Notes under the pieces: generated by a model | Databases searched by the model: none | Told to the model about the DNA's origin: nothing | Seen by the model: the letters and a program-made list of their open reading frames with translations, nothing else | Made by a program: the position numbers and the translations under genes | Shown here: in pieces, positions 37,771 to 51,469 of the stretch | Layout: each line of letters opens with the position of its first letter | Position numbering within the stretch: the first letter of the stretch is position 1 | Assembly (NCBI RefSeq): GCF_009914755.1 | Contig: NC_060936.1 | Reading direction: 5' to 3' (one strand) | Origin: the human T2T-CHM13v2.0 reference genome, Homo sapiens | DNA: 64,000 nucleotides

Positions 37771-38650
37771 TTTTTTTTAATTAAACTTTTTATTTTTAGA
37801 GAAGTATAAAGTGTTAAACTAAACGTGGCCTGAGGATGCCCCTGTATCTTCAGTAATATACTACAACCTAATTTAGTATGTAAACAAACTGAAGCCTCAT
37901 TAAAAGTATTTTATTTTTTATTTTTATTTTTGGTAATTGGCTGAGTCTCAGCCAATGGCAGCAGCCAACCTTCAGCCAATTGTCAGTGGCCAGCGGATCA
38001 GACTATATCCAAATAAGGCAACCAGGGAATTATAACCAGTTAAGCTGTTTCTCTGTCTCACTTATGTTGTCTGTTTGTGAATGCTTCCCGTCCATATTGT
38101 GGAGGAGAGTCCCATGAACTTCTTCTGGTTCTAAGGCCCGCCAGATTCACGAATGGTTCTGTGTTCAATTAAATGCTGTTAAATTTAATTCATCTGAAGT
38201 TTTATTTCTTTTAACAAGAGTCACATATAGTTCTAAGAAATAATATAGAGACATCCCTGTGTACCCATCACCAAGTTTCCCCATAACATCTTGCAAAACT
38301 ATGGTACTTATCGCGTCCAAAGATTTCAGATATTTTTAAAAATAAAGTTGAAACTAAGTTTTGAATAGGTTATATATGCACATGAAACAAAAGCTAAAAT
38401 TTACAAAAGGGGAGACAGGGAAAAAGTGGGTATTCTCCTGTGCCTTCCGGATACCTCGTTGTCCTCCCTGGAGTCAAATGTTGTTACAATTTTCTTGCCT
38501 ATCTTTTCCCAAATACTTATAAATTTGCAAATATTATAATCCTCTATATGTATATATGTATGTATTTTTTCTCCATACAGTGAGCGCATATATCTGCAAT
38601 TATGAATCTTGCCTGTTTTACTAAATATCTTGAAAAGATTATTTATTTAT
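37770..38650 (-). mobile_element. L1M (L1MC/MD/ME) 3' fragments flanking the MER57 LTR
   Basis: TAAGAAATAATATAGAGA..GTACCCATCACC..AACATCTTGCAAAACTAT. Confidence 0.65.
37812..38216 (+). mobile_element. MER57-family ERV1 solo LTR inserted into an L1M fragment
   Basis: TGTTAAA...CAAATAAGGCAA...CAATTAAA..TGTTAAATTTAAT..TTTTAACA; near 4-bp TSD AAAG/AGAG. Confidence 0.75.
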
Positions 38651-39719
38651 TTATTTATTTATTTATTGGTAAGAAATGAACCCTGGAGTTGAGTTTGAGA
38701 AACCTGAAAAAACAGGGTGGAAGAGCATTCTTGGCAGAAGGAGGAACATGAGCCAAGGTCCAGAAACAGAAAGAACACTGATTTTTCAAGAAAAAGGAAA
38801 GAGACTATTATGTCTGGAGGACAAAGAAGGAGGAGGAGAATGGCCGGGTAGATCACTGATTCTCAGGCCACTTTCTGAGGGACCATTGAACTTGCTTACA
38901 TTCTCCAGGTGGCCTATACCCTGAGGCCCAGAGTCACTGTATGGCTGATGAGGACACTTCCCGCTGCAGGTCAGCTCCTCACTCCGTAGACCTGCCAGAC
39001 GCAGGGAGGCTGCTTGTTCCTGAGGCCTGGGGAATAGAGCTGGCCAAGAGAATTGCTAGTTTTCCCAAAACCCACTTTCTTTCTTCAGCCCCGCCCTCAA
39101 GACTTTTTCCATGCCCTGCCTGTCTTCTCAGACAGTTAAGGACATGACAAAGAGCAATGATTAAGGACAGCAATTCTTGCCTTTTTGTTTTTTGCTTAAT
39201 TTGAAAGAGACAGCAAGATGGGAAAAATGTGCCTCTGATTATGACCCCCCTGTGCTTCCTAAAAGCTTCTTTCTCAACTTTTAAGTCTCCTCAAGTTTCA
39301 AACCCTCTCCTTTTCTTTCCCCTGTTCTTTCTTCCTCTATTTAAACTAATCTACAAAAAGCTATAAAAAGCCTCTGACACTATAAATTCCCCTATAAACC
39401 CTGGTTTTATAGGTTTAATTGCCCCTTTTTACAGTGCTGCATGCCTGGGTCCTGAAACACTTTAGTTTTGCAGGACAAGTTCAAATTCATAGTAAGAGTC
39501 TGGGCCACCCTATGATGGGGTTTTGAACTCTGGCAGTCCACAAGGCAACTCGTTCTGGCCTTGGCTGAACAATTATTTTCTCAGGTAGCCCAGGACCAAA
39601 ATGAGACATGTTTCTATGTGAGAAAATAGCCACATCCTCAGAGAATGCCACGTTCTCTAAAGTCTCCTGAAGCCCCAGAGTTAGTTCTGGTCAGAGAGAG
39701 TGCCCATAAAAGCAACATC

Positions 39720-39885
39720 AACAATGCCACAATCACCGTTTATCAAGTGCTAGTAACTGTGTAAAATGGATTTTACGTGCATAAACCTCACTACAACTCT
39801 GCAGGCTGGGACCATGGTTATCACCCTTATTACAAGGGAAGACACCTAGGCTCAGATATTGAAGTCATTTGCTGGGGCTCACACA
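39720..39885 (-). mobile_element. MIR fragment
   Basis: TTTATCAAGTGCT..CCTCACTACAACTCTGCAGG..AGGCTCAGA. Confidence 0.6.
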
Positions 39886-40184
39886 GCAGAGCCAAGACTA
39901 CCATGAGAAGGGTGAGCCATTCACCTTGGACCCAGCTTTTAAGGGGCACCCAGCACCTCAGTAATCAAGAAAATAACATTTGAATACGATCTTTTAACAA
40001 AATCAAACTGATAAACTATGGCCCGCAAACTGGCCACATGGTTTTTATAAATAAAGTTTTATTGAAACCAGGGCTGGGATTAGGGTGAGGCAAGTAAGGC
40101 TGAGTTGTACAAATGCAGGGTTGGAGCCTGTCTTTATTGAAATGTTTGATATTTTCTTCATCACACATTTTTAAAATTGATTTT

Positions 40185-40474
40185 TAATTTTTTAAACTGA
40201 GAGAGGGTCTTGCTCTGTTGACCAAGCTGCGGTACAGTGGTGTGATTGCTGCTCACTGCAACCTCAATTTCCCTGGCTCAAGCAATCCTCCCACCTCACC
40301 TTCCGAAGTAGCTGGGACTACAGGCACATGCCCACCTTGCCTGGCTAATTTTTTTTATTTTTTGGTAGAGACGAGGTCTATGTTACCCTGGCTGGTCTCG
40401 AACTCCTGAGCTCAGGTGATACTCCCATGCCTCCCATGTGCTGGGATTACAGGCATAAGCCATGGAGCCTGACC
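40185..40474 (-). mobile_element. AluJ-type SINE
   Basis: GGCTCAAGCAATCCTCCCACCTCA, diverged. Confidence 0.88.
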
Positions 40475-40610
40475 CTTTTCTTTTCTTTTCTTTCCTTTTT
40501 TCTTTTCTTTTCTCTTCTCTTTTCTTTCCTTCCTTCCTTCCTTCGTTCCTTCCTTCCTTCCTTCCCTCCCTCCCTCCTTCTTTCTTTCTCTCTCTCTCTT
40601 TCTTTCTTTG
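40475..40610. repeat. (TTTC)/(TTCC)n pyrimidine tract, probably an expanded Alu tail
   Basis: Read directly. Confidence 0.9.
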
Positions 40611-41185
<575 letters not shown>

Positions 41186-41619
41186 ATTTATTTTTAAAAC
41201 ACTGCAGTAGAGTATGTATTATGGAGTCTTTGGGCACCAACTTAAATTTCACCCCCAAGGCAAATGTCTCACTCACCTTAGCCTAGTCTTGGCCCCATCA
41301 CACAGTAAGAAACACCGAACCCAATGTGATAATCTGTTTCCTAGCTGACCTCCAAGGCAACTAGAGATTGTGTTCAAGAGGCCACTGTTTCTCCCCAATG
41401 TATTCACTGCTGCTTTGTGGAGTAGCAGCAAGTTGTAGTGTCTTCCCTGCAGACCTTACCTGTTTAGCCCAGAGAGGGGACTATTTCCTGTGTAAGGTTG
41501 CTTCAGGAGTACTCACAGCCTCAAGTACAATAAACCTGATGCTTCCTTGCAACCCTGTGTGCTCATCAACACCTTTGTAGCTGTCTCTTTCGGCTCTGGG
41601 GGACTCCTCAGACATTACT

Positions 41620-42720
41620 ATCCATTCATTCATTCATTTAACAGATATTTATGAAGGACCTATTATTTTCTTAGACATAACAGTAGGTACTGGACATAAC
41701 AATAGTGAAAGGAAAAGTAGATAAAAATTACTGTCCTTGGGGAATTGAGTTCAATTTAAGGAGAGAGATGGCAAACATAAAAATGAATATATTACATAGA
41801 ATATTACAATGTCATGAATGATGTAAAAAAAGTAGAACAGTCCAGGTGTGGTGGCTCACGCCTGTAATCCTAATACTTTGGGAGGCTGAGGCAGGAGGAT
41901 TGCTTGAGGCCAGGAGTTCGAGACCAGCCTGGCCAACATGGCAAAACCCTGTCTCACAAAAAAATACAAAAATTAGCCGGCCGTGGTGGCAGTGGCACCC
42001 GCCTGTAGTTCCAGCTACTCTGGAGGCTGAGGCAGAGAATCACTTGAACCGGGGAGGCAGAGGTTGCAGTGAGCCAAGATGGTGCCACTGCACTCCAGCC
42101 TAGATGACAGAGTGAGACTCTGTTTCCAAAAAAAAAAAAAAAAGGTAGGATGACATAAGTCAGACTGAAAACGTTAAGGTGTAGAAGGGGTGACAATTTA
42201 AAATCGAGTGCTCAGCACAGGCATTACTGAGAAGGTGACAGTTGAGTAAAAAGCCCTTGAGGGAGTGAGGGAGTGAGCCCGCTGGATGACCAGAAGTATG
42301 TTCTGCTCAGGGGAAACTTACAGTGCAAAGGCCCTGGGGTACGAGTGTGCCTGGTGTGTTCCAAATATCAGTGACATGAAGCAGAGTGACAGAGAAAGAC
42401 ATGGTGAGAGATGAGGTCAAGAGCTCCTAGGCAGGAGAAGGGGCAGATCATATGGCTACTACTCGTCATGAGTGAGTCATTGAAGAGTTTGAGGACAGAG
42501 GTGACACGATCCGCTATACATTTAAACAGGCTCACCCTGGTGTACCCATTCTCTCTGACATTCTATTATGATTCTGTGATACCATCTAGGGCCTAGTTCA
42601 GACCACACAGAGAATAAAGTCCAGGGAGGCCAGTGAGAAGGCTCCTGCAGTCCTTTAGGTGTACAAAGTCATGGATTGAACCAAGATGGACAAAATGGAA
42701 GAGGGGGGAAGTGGTTCATC
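41620..42720 (-). mobile_element. L2a fragment interrupted by an Alu
   Basis: CATTCATTCATTCATTTAACAGATATTTATG, GAGAAGGTGACA, CAGTGCAAAGGCCCTGGGG, GAGATGAGGTCA. Confidence 0.8.
41840..42143 (+). mobile_element. AluS/J-type SINE
   Basis: Full Alu with A tail. Confidence 0.92.
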
Positions 42721-42879
42721 TTTTCTCCAACCTCTCCCTTGTATGTGAAAATGTTTATAGTCCCATTGCATGCAAAATGGCCACTGAGTCTCTCCAGGAA
42801 GGCCGGCAAATTTGCCTATACAGGCTGCCTCTTTTGGACGTATACTGAGCAGTGAGGTTTCCAGGGACAAGCGACTTCA

Positions 42880-44125
42880 GAAATTGAATGCCTGACTTTG
42901 CATCCTGCCCCTGGCTTGATTAGCAGTAAGACCTACCATGCCAGGGCACTTTCCCTCTCAAAGTCTCTCTGCATGCTCAATCTATAAAATGGAGACACTA
43001 TCCACCTGTAGAGTATCACGATGAGAAATAACAACTAGGATACAGAAGGTACCCAGTATGACTGCAAACAGTCATCTCTTGGTCCGGAAACATGACACTT
43101 ATTTTTAAAGTGGTAGGCACAAGAGTTTATTGTTGTGCTCTTTCGTTCTACCTCAAAAGTTCTCTCCCTGAAAGTTGGCAATGAAGGATGGGTTGCTTCA
43201 GGCCAGGTAAATGTCCGGGTTACATGCAGATTGTGAAGCAGGGGGGATAACCATCACTCAGTAAAGTGTTGTGTTAGAGCCGTTCTTTCCACCTTCCTGA
43301 GAATTAGCTTTTTTTTTTTTTTTTTTTTTCCTCCCTGCCTTTCCAGCTTGTCAGAAATCTAAAACCAGGTTTGAGAACTGGCAGAAGGGAGAGAAAGTGA
43401 GAACATGACCTTTCTGGGGGCAAGGGAGGGAACTTGGAGGGTGTGATGGGGTCTTAAACGGGGAAGTAAGAAGACCTTCAAAGCAAACTTTTCTACATCA
43501 GTATGTTGGCAGGGTCTGCATTTTAGTTGTATTTGCATTTTCTTTTCCTCTGCCATTAATTATATTCCATGTAAGAGCCAGGAGCCCTGGATTCCAGGGC
43601 TGGAATTGCTGCTGATTTTCTTTCTGGCCTTGTCTGTCTGCTTTTCCCCTCCACCCATGCAGGGCCTTTTCTGGTTTTTCACACGTTATATTTCCTTCCG
43701 CTTCCAGATCTTTGCGTAGGCCTTGAATACCTTTTCCTTCAGCCCATCACCTGGCTTCCTCTCCTTCACATTCTTATTCATGCAATTTCTCCCCAGGAAA
43801 TCCTTCCATAAGGGTCGCCACCTGCACCCTAGAGAGAGCGCCCTGGCCCCTACAACTTCAGCTTTACTGCTGCCCTCTGTGCGTGGATATGAATTTAGTT
43901 CATCATGTGTAATAGTTGTGTTAATGTCTGCCTGTTCTACCAGCCTGGAAGCTCCAAGTCAGGGCCTGGAGCTCAGTGGGTACCCAAGAAATACTTGTTA
44001 ATAGAACAACTGACTCTATGGCCTATTATTTTGCTCTTAACCTCCTTGAGCTGCAGGGGTCCCAAATGTAAAATGAGTGCAAGTTGATTTCAAAGGGTCT
44101 CTGACATTCTATTATGATTCTGTGA
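42880..44125 (+). mobile_element. MIR (42880-43050), L2 (43610-44000) and MIR3-like tail (44010-44125) fragments
   Basis: AATCTATAAAATGGAGA; TCTCCCCAGGAAATCCTTCC..AAATACTTGTTAA; CTCTGACATTCTATTATGATTCTGTGA. Confidence 0.6.
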
Positions 44126-44974
44126 TACCATCTGGGGCCTAGTTAGGAGGACATAGTAAATTGGACTTTGACCAAGGCCTGGGGCTGCCATGGTCCCTGT
44201 GAGATGAGATGCATTCTTACTGACCACTGAGCCAGGGAAATGGAGACCGGTCTTTTCATCTCAGTCAAAAGATTGAAATCTCTGACAATACCAGAGATTA
44301 TCTGCCTTCCTTGATTATTGCTCAACCTCAGAGTTGAGGGCCAAGAGAACAGCTTGAATATTACCCAAATCCATCTAGGTTTCCCTGGGAGTCACTTTCC
44401 AACTCAGGGCCTGATTCTGCTTTGAGAAAGAAGATGATGTCATTGTTAGGAATTAAAGGCATAGAAAGATATTCACTGACATACATTAGTGATTGGAAAG
44501 AAACTAAGCTCTGCATGTTTAACAGTGTTTCAATATGGAGTCCAGACTGAAGGTTCAAAAAGACCTGTCTGCAAAGCTAGCTTATGAGGAATGGAGCGTT
44601 ATGCTGTGATAACTAACAGTGGGTGAAAGATCCTTAGGCCCAGTCCACTGATTTCCTGCTGTGTACATTTCAACGGGTAAAAACAAATAAACAAACACTC
44701 CTGCTCTGGTTTCTTGGTGAGGGGAAGGCAGATCACCAACGGGGGCTCAGTTCTGGCTAAAGTCCTCCAAGGGACTTTGGTCAAGACCTCACCTTCTTCT
44801 GTACGACAGCATTTCTGAAGCACCTGGGAAAGTCTAAGGGAAAAATTATGTACTAATTCTTTATAAGTACAAAAAGGATCATTCTTATTCTACCTGAAGG
44901 GATGAGACATTGTTCTAACCACACTCTCAGACTTGGTCTCATGCCCGAAGACTGACCTAGGCATCTTTTTTGGC

Positions 44975-45277
44975 TTTTTTTTTTTTTTTTTTTTTTGAGA
45001 CAGAGTTTCATTCTTGTTGCCCAGGCCGGAGTGAGATGGCGTGATCTCAGCTTACCACAACCTCCGCCTCCCGGGTTCAAGCGATTCTCCTGCCTCAGCC
45101 TCCCGAGTAGCTGGAACTATAGCATGCACCACCACGCCTGGCTAATTTTGTATTGTTGGTAGAGATGGGGTTTCACCATGTTTGCCAGGCTGGTCTCAAA
45201 CTCCCGACCTCAGGTGATCTGCCTGCCTCGGCCTTCCAAAGTGCTGGGATTACAGGTGTGAGCCACCATGCCCGGCC
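44975..45277 (-). mobile_element. AluSq/Sp-type SINE
   Basis: GAGTTTCATTCTTGTTGCCCAGG diagnostic region; poly-T tail. Confidence 0.93.
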
Positions 45278-45429
45278 TTTTTTTTTGCTTTTTTATACCA
45301 TTTGGAGTTCCCCATTGACTCCCCTATAGAATAAAGCCAACATGGTGTCCTGGCAATGCCATGCTAGAGTGTGTGCTCAGTGAGCATGTGGTCAGTGAGT
45401 GTGTAGTCAGTGAGTGTGTTCTAGCGGTA

Positions 45430-47745
45430 GGAAGACTGGGGTTGAGTTGGGGTTGTGATGTTTGTTGGCTGAACTGCATTGGTCAGGTTATGTATGTCCC
45501 AGAGCCTGTTTCTTCAACCGTCTGACGGGCATGATGATGACAATTGTGCCTACCTTCTAATATCTGCTGTAATGTTTCACGGACATATTATATGTCAACA
45601 CTGAACACAGGACCTGGCCCCAAATTTAGCGTTTTATGCAGATCAGCCATTATAATTGCTATTTTCCACTGTCTGGTTCTTATTTTCATGCTTTGCTACT
45701 ATTTTCTTCCCTTCTTTCCCTAAGGGCTTCAGCTGCCCACCTCATAAGCCTTTCTCCCTAAGATGCTACTACTATGCAAAAGCTGTAGCCTTCACATACA
45801 GAGCTTCTCCCCACTCTATAAACCCTTCCTTACTTTTCAAGACCCCGTGCTGAAGTTGCTATGAGGAATAAGCAAATGGCATTTATTCAAGCAACCAGCA
45901 TATATTAGGGGCTTAATAAAGGGTTTGCTGAAACTGTTGACACTGAAACAAATAGTTTACCAAAAAAAAACTATAGCTTTAAAAGGTAGCATTTCTTGTG
46001 TCTTGCCACAGCAAAACCTCTATTCTGGAAATTCTACAATTAAAGATTTGTTTCCCTAGGAGAAATAAATATGGGATTAAGTGAAAATGCTGGTTTACAT
46101 TTAATTATTAACGCTGCAAAGTGCATTAAGTTATACTTAATCACCTGCATCCTTGCGTGAATTACTTTCTTCATTCCTATTTACACTGACAAGTAGCTGA
46201 GACTCAACTTTTAAATTTTGGGGTATGTGGTAGGAGAGGATAGGGAAAGAAAGGATTGAGAATTTTGTAAGGTGACAGGGAGGGAAATCAAGAAGCAATA
46301 AAAACATACTGTAGGAGGATGCAGATAATCCGCAAGATAAACTTTCTCCATTTCTCAGTAAGACTTAGCTCATGTGTTTGCTGAATGAATAATTTACTGC
46401 TCTCAAACTCATTTCTACACTTTCTCTTAAGCTTTGAACCTGGTGGCTGGATTGTTCATTGACTACGTCAATCTGTACTGTCCCAGATTTTCTATAGTGT
46501 TGCTCAAGTTTCCTCTAGATTTCTCCATGTGATAAAGGCTTCTGAGAGAAAGGGAGAGTGTGTATCCTGTTTACTATCATCATGAACTCAGCATGTCACA
46601 CAGCACCTGTCATATATATGGTTGGCACTCTCTCAATATTTCTTGAACTGAATACTCAATCTGTTTTGCCACCAACTTATGCTCGTGTTTTCCATGTTAA
46701 GACTTTTATTTTCTACTGTATGTTATCATTTTATAATAGCCGACCCTGACAAGCCAACTCTCCTTACTTATTGCATCTCAGGTCTAGAATTTATTGGCTT
46801 AAAAGTGAACAAAGCTTCTCATCATGTTTTCTGCAATATCTTCTGAAACTTCTGCTTATTCTTATAATTGTCTCTTTGGTTTTGCAAAATTTTCATGAGT
46901 CTGGGCTTTCTTTATTAACTCAGATATTTGACCCAACTTGTTCCATAACATAAATGTATTGTTTATAGGGGGTTTATATTGAATCTCTTTTCTTTCAAGA
47001 GCAAGGGGAACAGAGAAAGTGATAGGAGCCCGTGTTTAAGCAATTTGTTGGGGGGGATGTTTGTTTTTGCTGTTCAGATCTAAGTAGGGTCCATATCCCC
47101 ACTCACCAACCCACACTCTCTCTCCCTCTCTCTTTTGTTTTTTGTACTTTATTTGAGTTATTTTCTGCAAATTCCTGAATACCAGATCGGGTGAGGAATT
47201 GAAGGAGCTTTGACTAGACTGTGGGCAAAGAACTGACTTATTACCAATTTGGAATTCATTCATTCATCCACTTCTTTAGTCAATAAACATTTATGGAGTG
47301 TCCGCTGTGGGCCAGAACCTGAAGTAGGTTCTGAGGATACAATGAATTGTAGACTGGGCACAACCCCTGTTTTCACAGAGCTTACCATCTCTGGGAAGTT
47401 GAACAGTTAAACAAGCAATGGCAGTATGTCATGAGTAGGACGGCAGAGATTCTTCGAGCTCATCTGATACATGGAGCGCCCGCTGGATGACAGGAATTAT
47501 ACGTGGTACTTTTCACAATTTCTCTGACTTTAATTTTCTCATCTTTAACTGGGGAATCACCATGGGACTTATTTCATAGAGCTGTCATGAGGAGGACAAG
47601 CTTTGTAGTTGCAAGGCACTTAGGATAGTGCCTGGCACATAAAACTGAGAGTTCACTTTATTTATGGCACTTCCCCATTGTACCCCCCATTTACAGGTGA
47701 AGAAACTGAGGCTCAGAACACTTAAGTTGTTGATCTTGGGTCCCA
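45430..47745. mobile_element. Scattered MIR and L2 fragments
   Basis: GAGCCTGTTTCTTCA (about 45502), CATTCATTCATCC..TAAACATTTATGGAG (about 47257), CCCCATTTACAGGTGAAGAAACTGAGGCTCAGA (about 47685). Confidence 0.6.
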
Positions 47746-48956
47746 AAGGCATCTAAGAACATGGAGAAATCTGGGAGACTTTTAAGACCTGCCTTTTCTT
47801 AACGCAAGCCTGAGGGAAATTGTCATGCTCACAGTGTTTTGCCCCTGCAGCGGACTTTCTCAGACCAGACTTGTGGAAAACTACTACAGAGCACACTCTT
47901 CAGGAACTGTGGAAAAAGCCTAACCTAGTCCAGAGCCGAGGCAAAGTAATTATACACAAGCTAAATTCAAAACCAGCGATGTTTTGAGGTTTTTGGTCCC
48001 CCATCCCCAACCCCCGAGCTCTCTCAACTCTGAAAAACCAAAAAACCCATTTTCTAATAATAGGCTTTCTTCTATGATTTCTGGATTCAAGGTAGGTAAG
48101 AAATAGGAGAGAGATAAATGATTCAGAGGCCCCGAACAAGATCATTTGGCCTGTGGTTTTGGGAGGATTTAACAGCTGTGAGTGAGACCTCAGATCCAAG
48201 CCAACCCTGAATCCTGCATGCAGTTTGGCAAGACCACAAGTGCAATTTATCTGAAAACATGAAAGAATCTTCCTCTTCCTACTGCCAACTGGGACCCCAG
48301 CAATGGAAATGTTGAGAACTGGTTTGATCTTACTGCTCTTCCAATCGTGCTTCCTCAGCCATCAAAAAAGCAAATAAAAAGCCCATGCCTTCATTTTCTC
48401 TCTGAGGCTCTGTGCTCACAGACAAAACAAAACAACCGAACAAAATAGAAAAACAAATAAAAAACCCTCAACTTTCTTGAGATGTAGAAGTTCTGATTTC
48501 AAATACTAAAATTTGGGGTAAAAAAAATATCCAAAATAGGGGATAGGCTGTTATAAGGTAAAATATGACATCTATAAGGCAGAATATTGAGTTACTACTA
48601 AACTGATCTTCAAAAAATGCTTCTAGTATAATGTTAAGTTAAAACAAAAAGCAGGAACTTGAGTGATCCCATCACATAAAGAAAATACATGGGAGAAAAA
48701 TGACTAGAAGGAAATGTCCCAGAGCATTTGTCTTTGGGTGGGAGGAGTCTTGGTGATCACTTTTATTTATCATCAATTTGATTACCTCCCCTGCCTGGCC
48801 CTCCTCCCAGCAAAACATCCCAGGAGGAAATCTGCACCATAATAGAATCACTCCAACTCTTAGCAATACATCAGTAACAATTCCTTGCTCCGGAAGTTAT
48901 TCAGGTAAGAAGAAACTTCCCATTGAGGCAACTCTTACCTTTCACACAGAAAGACC

Positions 48957-49026
48957 TTGCACTCCAGCCTGGGCAACAGAGTGAGACCCTATCTCACAAA
49001 AAAAAAACAACAAAAAACAAAAAAAA
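48957..49026 (+). mobile_element. Heavily 5'-truncated Alu (3' end plus A tail)
   Basis: TTGCACTCCAGCCTGGGCAACAGAGTGAGACCCT followed by an A-rich tail. Confidence 0.85.
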
Positions 49027-49359
49027 CCCTCTATCTGATACAAATTAGCATAGTTATGTTATCATAGTAGTACTTCCCAAAATACATTTCACAGAATATG
49101 AATCCTAAGAGATGCTCCCTTCAAAAGGGTGTACATTTGGGAATTTGGAAATGGCCTGGACTGCCTGTGGTTCCCACTTTTGAAGGTTCACCGTGCATCT
49201 TGGTGATTGAAGGTGTTGAGAAATCCTGCATGCAAGCTTATTCACTTTGTGGAGCCCAACTTGCCACAGTTCTTTGTTCACATGCTCCTGTATTTCCTGT
49301 AATACCAATTGTCTTTTCATGGGACTAGAATTCAGGAGAATAACAGTAAGAAATAAATT

Positions 49360-50568
49360 ATGTTAGAGTAGAGAAATGATCACAATCCTTCTCCCTTCCC
49401 AGTGAAACCGTCTTTGCAAAATTATGACGGGGACAGTGAGAGAGGTCTAGCCTAACCGACTCCATCTTCGTTCTCACCTTCAAGCTTTCCTTGTTCTTTC
49501 CCGGACATAGGCTGAACCAACTTTGGGAGGAATTTAGTTTATAGTTTATAACAAAGACGATAACAGCCCTTTCCCAAAACAAACCTCTTTCTTGCCTGGA
49601 GACTAGACTGCCTTTGTAGGACTAACAAATTATCCACAAGATTAGAAATAATGGTTTAGAAGTCATGCAGCTGGAGGCTACAAGATTCTGACTCTCCCTA
49701 AACTGCTCCTAAGATCAGTGCTTAGGATACTTTGCAGACCCTGCACTTGATGGAGTAGCTGGCACCACCCACATGGATAAACTGGCTCATCTGATCTTGT
49801 GGCTTCCACCCAGGAACTGACTCAGCACAATAGGACAGCTTCAACTTCCCACGAGTTCATCTCCTACCCAACCAATCAGCACTCCCGACTCACTGGCCTT
49901 CCCCCACCCTCCAAATTATCCTTAAAAACACTGATCCCCGAATGCTCAGGGAGACTGATTTGAGTAATAATAAAACTCCAGTCTCCTGCATAGCCTGCTT
50001 TGTGTCAATGACTCTTTCTCTATTGCAGTTCCCCTGTCCTGATAAATGGGCTCTGTCTCGGCTGTGGGCAAGGTGAACCCATTGGGCGGTTACACCAGTA
50101 TCTGTGCTTTTTGTAGTGTGGCGTTACAGATCCCCGTCATGGAGAACTGGAGTCTATTTCCTTGTCCTTGAATCTAGGCCAGCCTCGTGATTTGCTTTGG
50201 TGAATAGAAAGGATCAAAAGTGACAGAGGGCAGCGCTGAGCCTAGGCTTCAAGAGGCCATAGGCACACTTGCATTTTCTCTTGGAATTCTACCCCCACCA
50301 TGAAAGCAAGCTGGAGCCACCCTACTGGAGCAGGGAAAGACCATACCTGTGAGCAAGACATTTCAGCTGAAGATCACTCCCCTGATCAGCCAGCCCCCAG
50401 CCAATACCAGAGCTGACTGCAAACAAATCAGTGAGTCCAGCCAAGACCAGAAAAACAACCCAGCTGAACTCAGCTCATGCTAACTCAAAGAATCGTGATC
50501 TAAATAAATGGTGTTTGTCAGCCACTAAGTTTGGGGGTAGTTTGTCACGCAGCAAAGGCTGACTTACA
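49360..50568 (+). mobile_element. MLT1H-like MaLR LTR interrupted by LTR8
   Basis: GGAGTCTATTTCC..CCTTGAATCTAGG..TTGCTTTGG, GCCTAGGCTTCAAGAGGCC, GCCACTAAGTT. Confidence 0.75.
49403..50094 (+). mobile_element. LTR8 (ERV1) solo LTR
   Basis: TGAAACCGTCTTTGCAAAATTATGAC...GAACCCATTGGGCGGTTACA; perfect 4-bp TSD CCAG. Confidence 0.9.
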
Positions 50569-50780
50569 TATATTCTATAGTAGGGATAGCTTTTAATCAA
50601 GTAAATTCTATTTTTAAAAAGTAAATAATTTGCAACTTTAGGACTTTATTATGCATAACAAATAACTTGCAACAAACATCACAAGTAATTCTGATACAAT
50701 CATGTATGTCAATCAGGCTGAGGTGAAGAACTGCTTTTGAAAACACAAATGTGAGGTTTTGGCTGTTTCTATTCTATGTC

Positions 50781-51080
50781 TTTTCTTTTTTCTTTTTTTT
50801 GAGAATGGAGTCTTGCTCTGTCATCCAGCCTGGAGTGCAGTGGTGTGATCTCGGCTCACTGCAACCTCTGCATCCCAGGTTCCAATGACTTTCTTGCCTC
50901 AGCCTCCTGAGTAGTTGGGATTACAGGCATGCACCGCCACTGGCTAATTTTTGTATTTTTAGTAGAGATGGGGTTTCGCCATGTTGGCCAGGCTGGTCTT
51001 GAACTCCTGGACTCAAGTGATCCACTCACCTCGGCCTCCCAACGTGCTAGGATTACAGCTGTGAGCCACTGCACCCGGCC
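50781..51080 (-). mobile_element. AluSz/Sx-type SINE
   Basis: Full Alu reverse complement. Confidence 0.93.
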
Positions 51081-51469
51081 TCTATATGTTTTTTCAAAGA
51101 GAGTAAAACCTGGTCCTTATTTCTGTCTGCCCACAGGGCTATCTTCCCCATACTCATCAAATTCAACAAGCTTCGGTTTTACTTCCAGCTTCATGAGTTC
51201 CTGCAAACCAGTACTCTCCCTCCCCAAATGGCAAATCCACTTTGCTTCCTCGGTAGCTTCACAGAATGGGGAAAAGGAGCAAGAGCAGATGAAAGTGAGG
51301 ATTTGGCAAGGGTCAGGGTTGGGCCTGGGACAGGGAGTGGGAAAGGAGACTTTCCAGAGCTGCAAAAAGCAAGAGCAAGCAAGAAGGAGCCAGCCAGTTG
51401 CAGAAAGTGAGATCTGGAAAGAAAGTATGTTAAAAGGCAAAGGAACTCACGAAAGAACTGGTTGTTGAT

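Noticed and set aside
45369-45420. 15-bp tandem repeat with TCAGTGAG core, three copies
   Set aside because: Ordinary short minisatellite with no further structure
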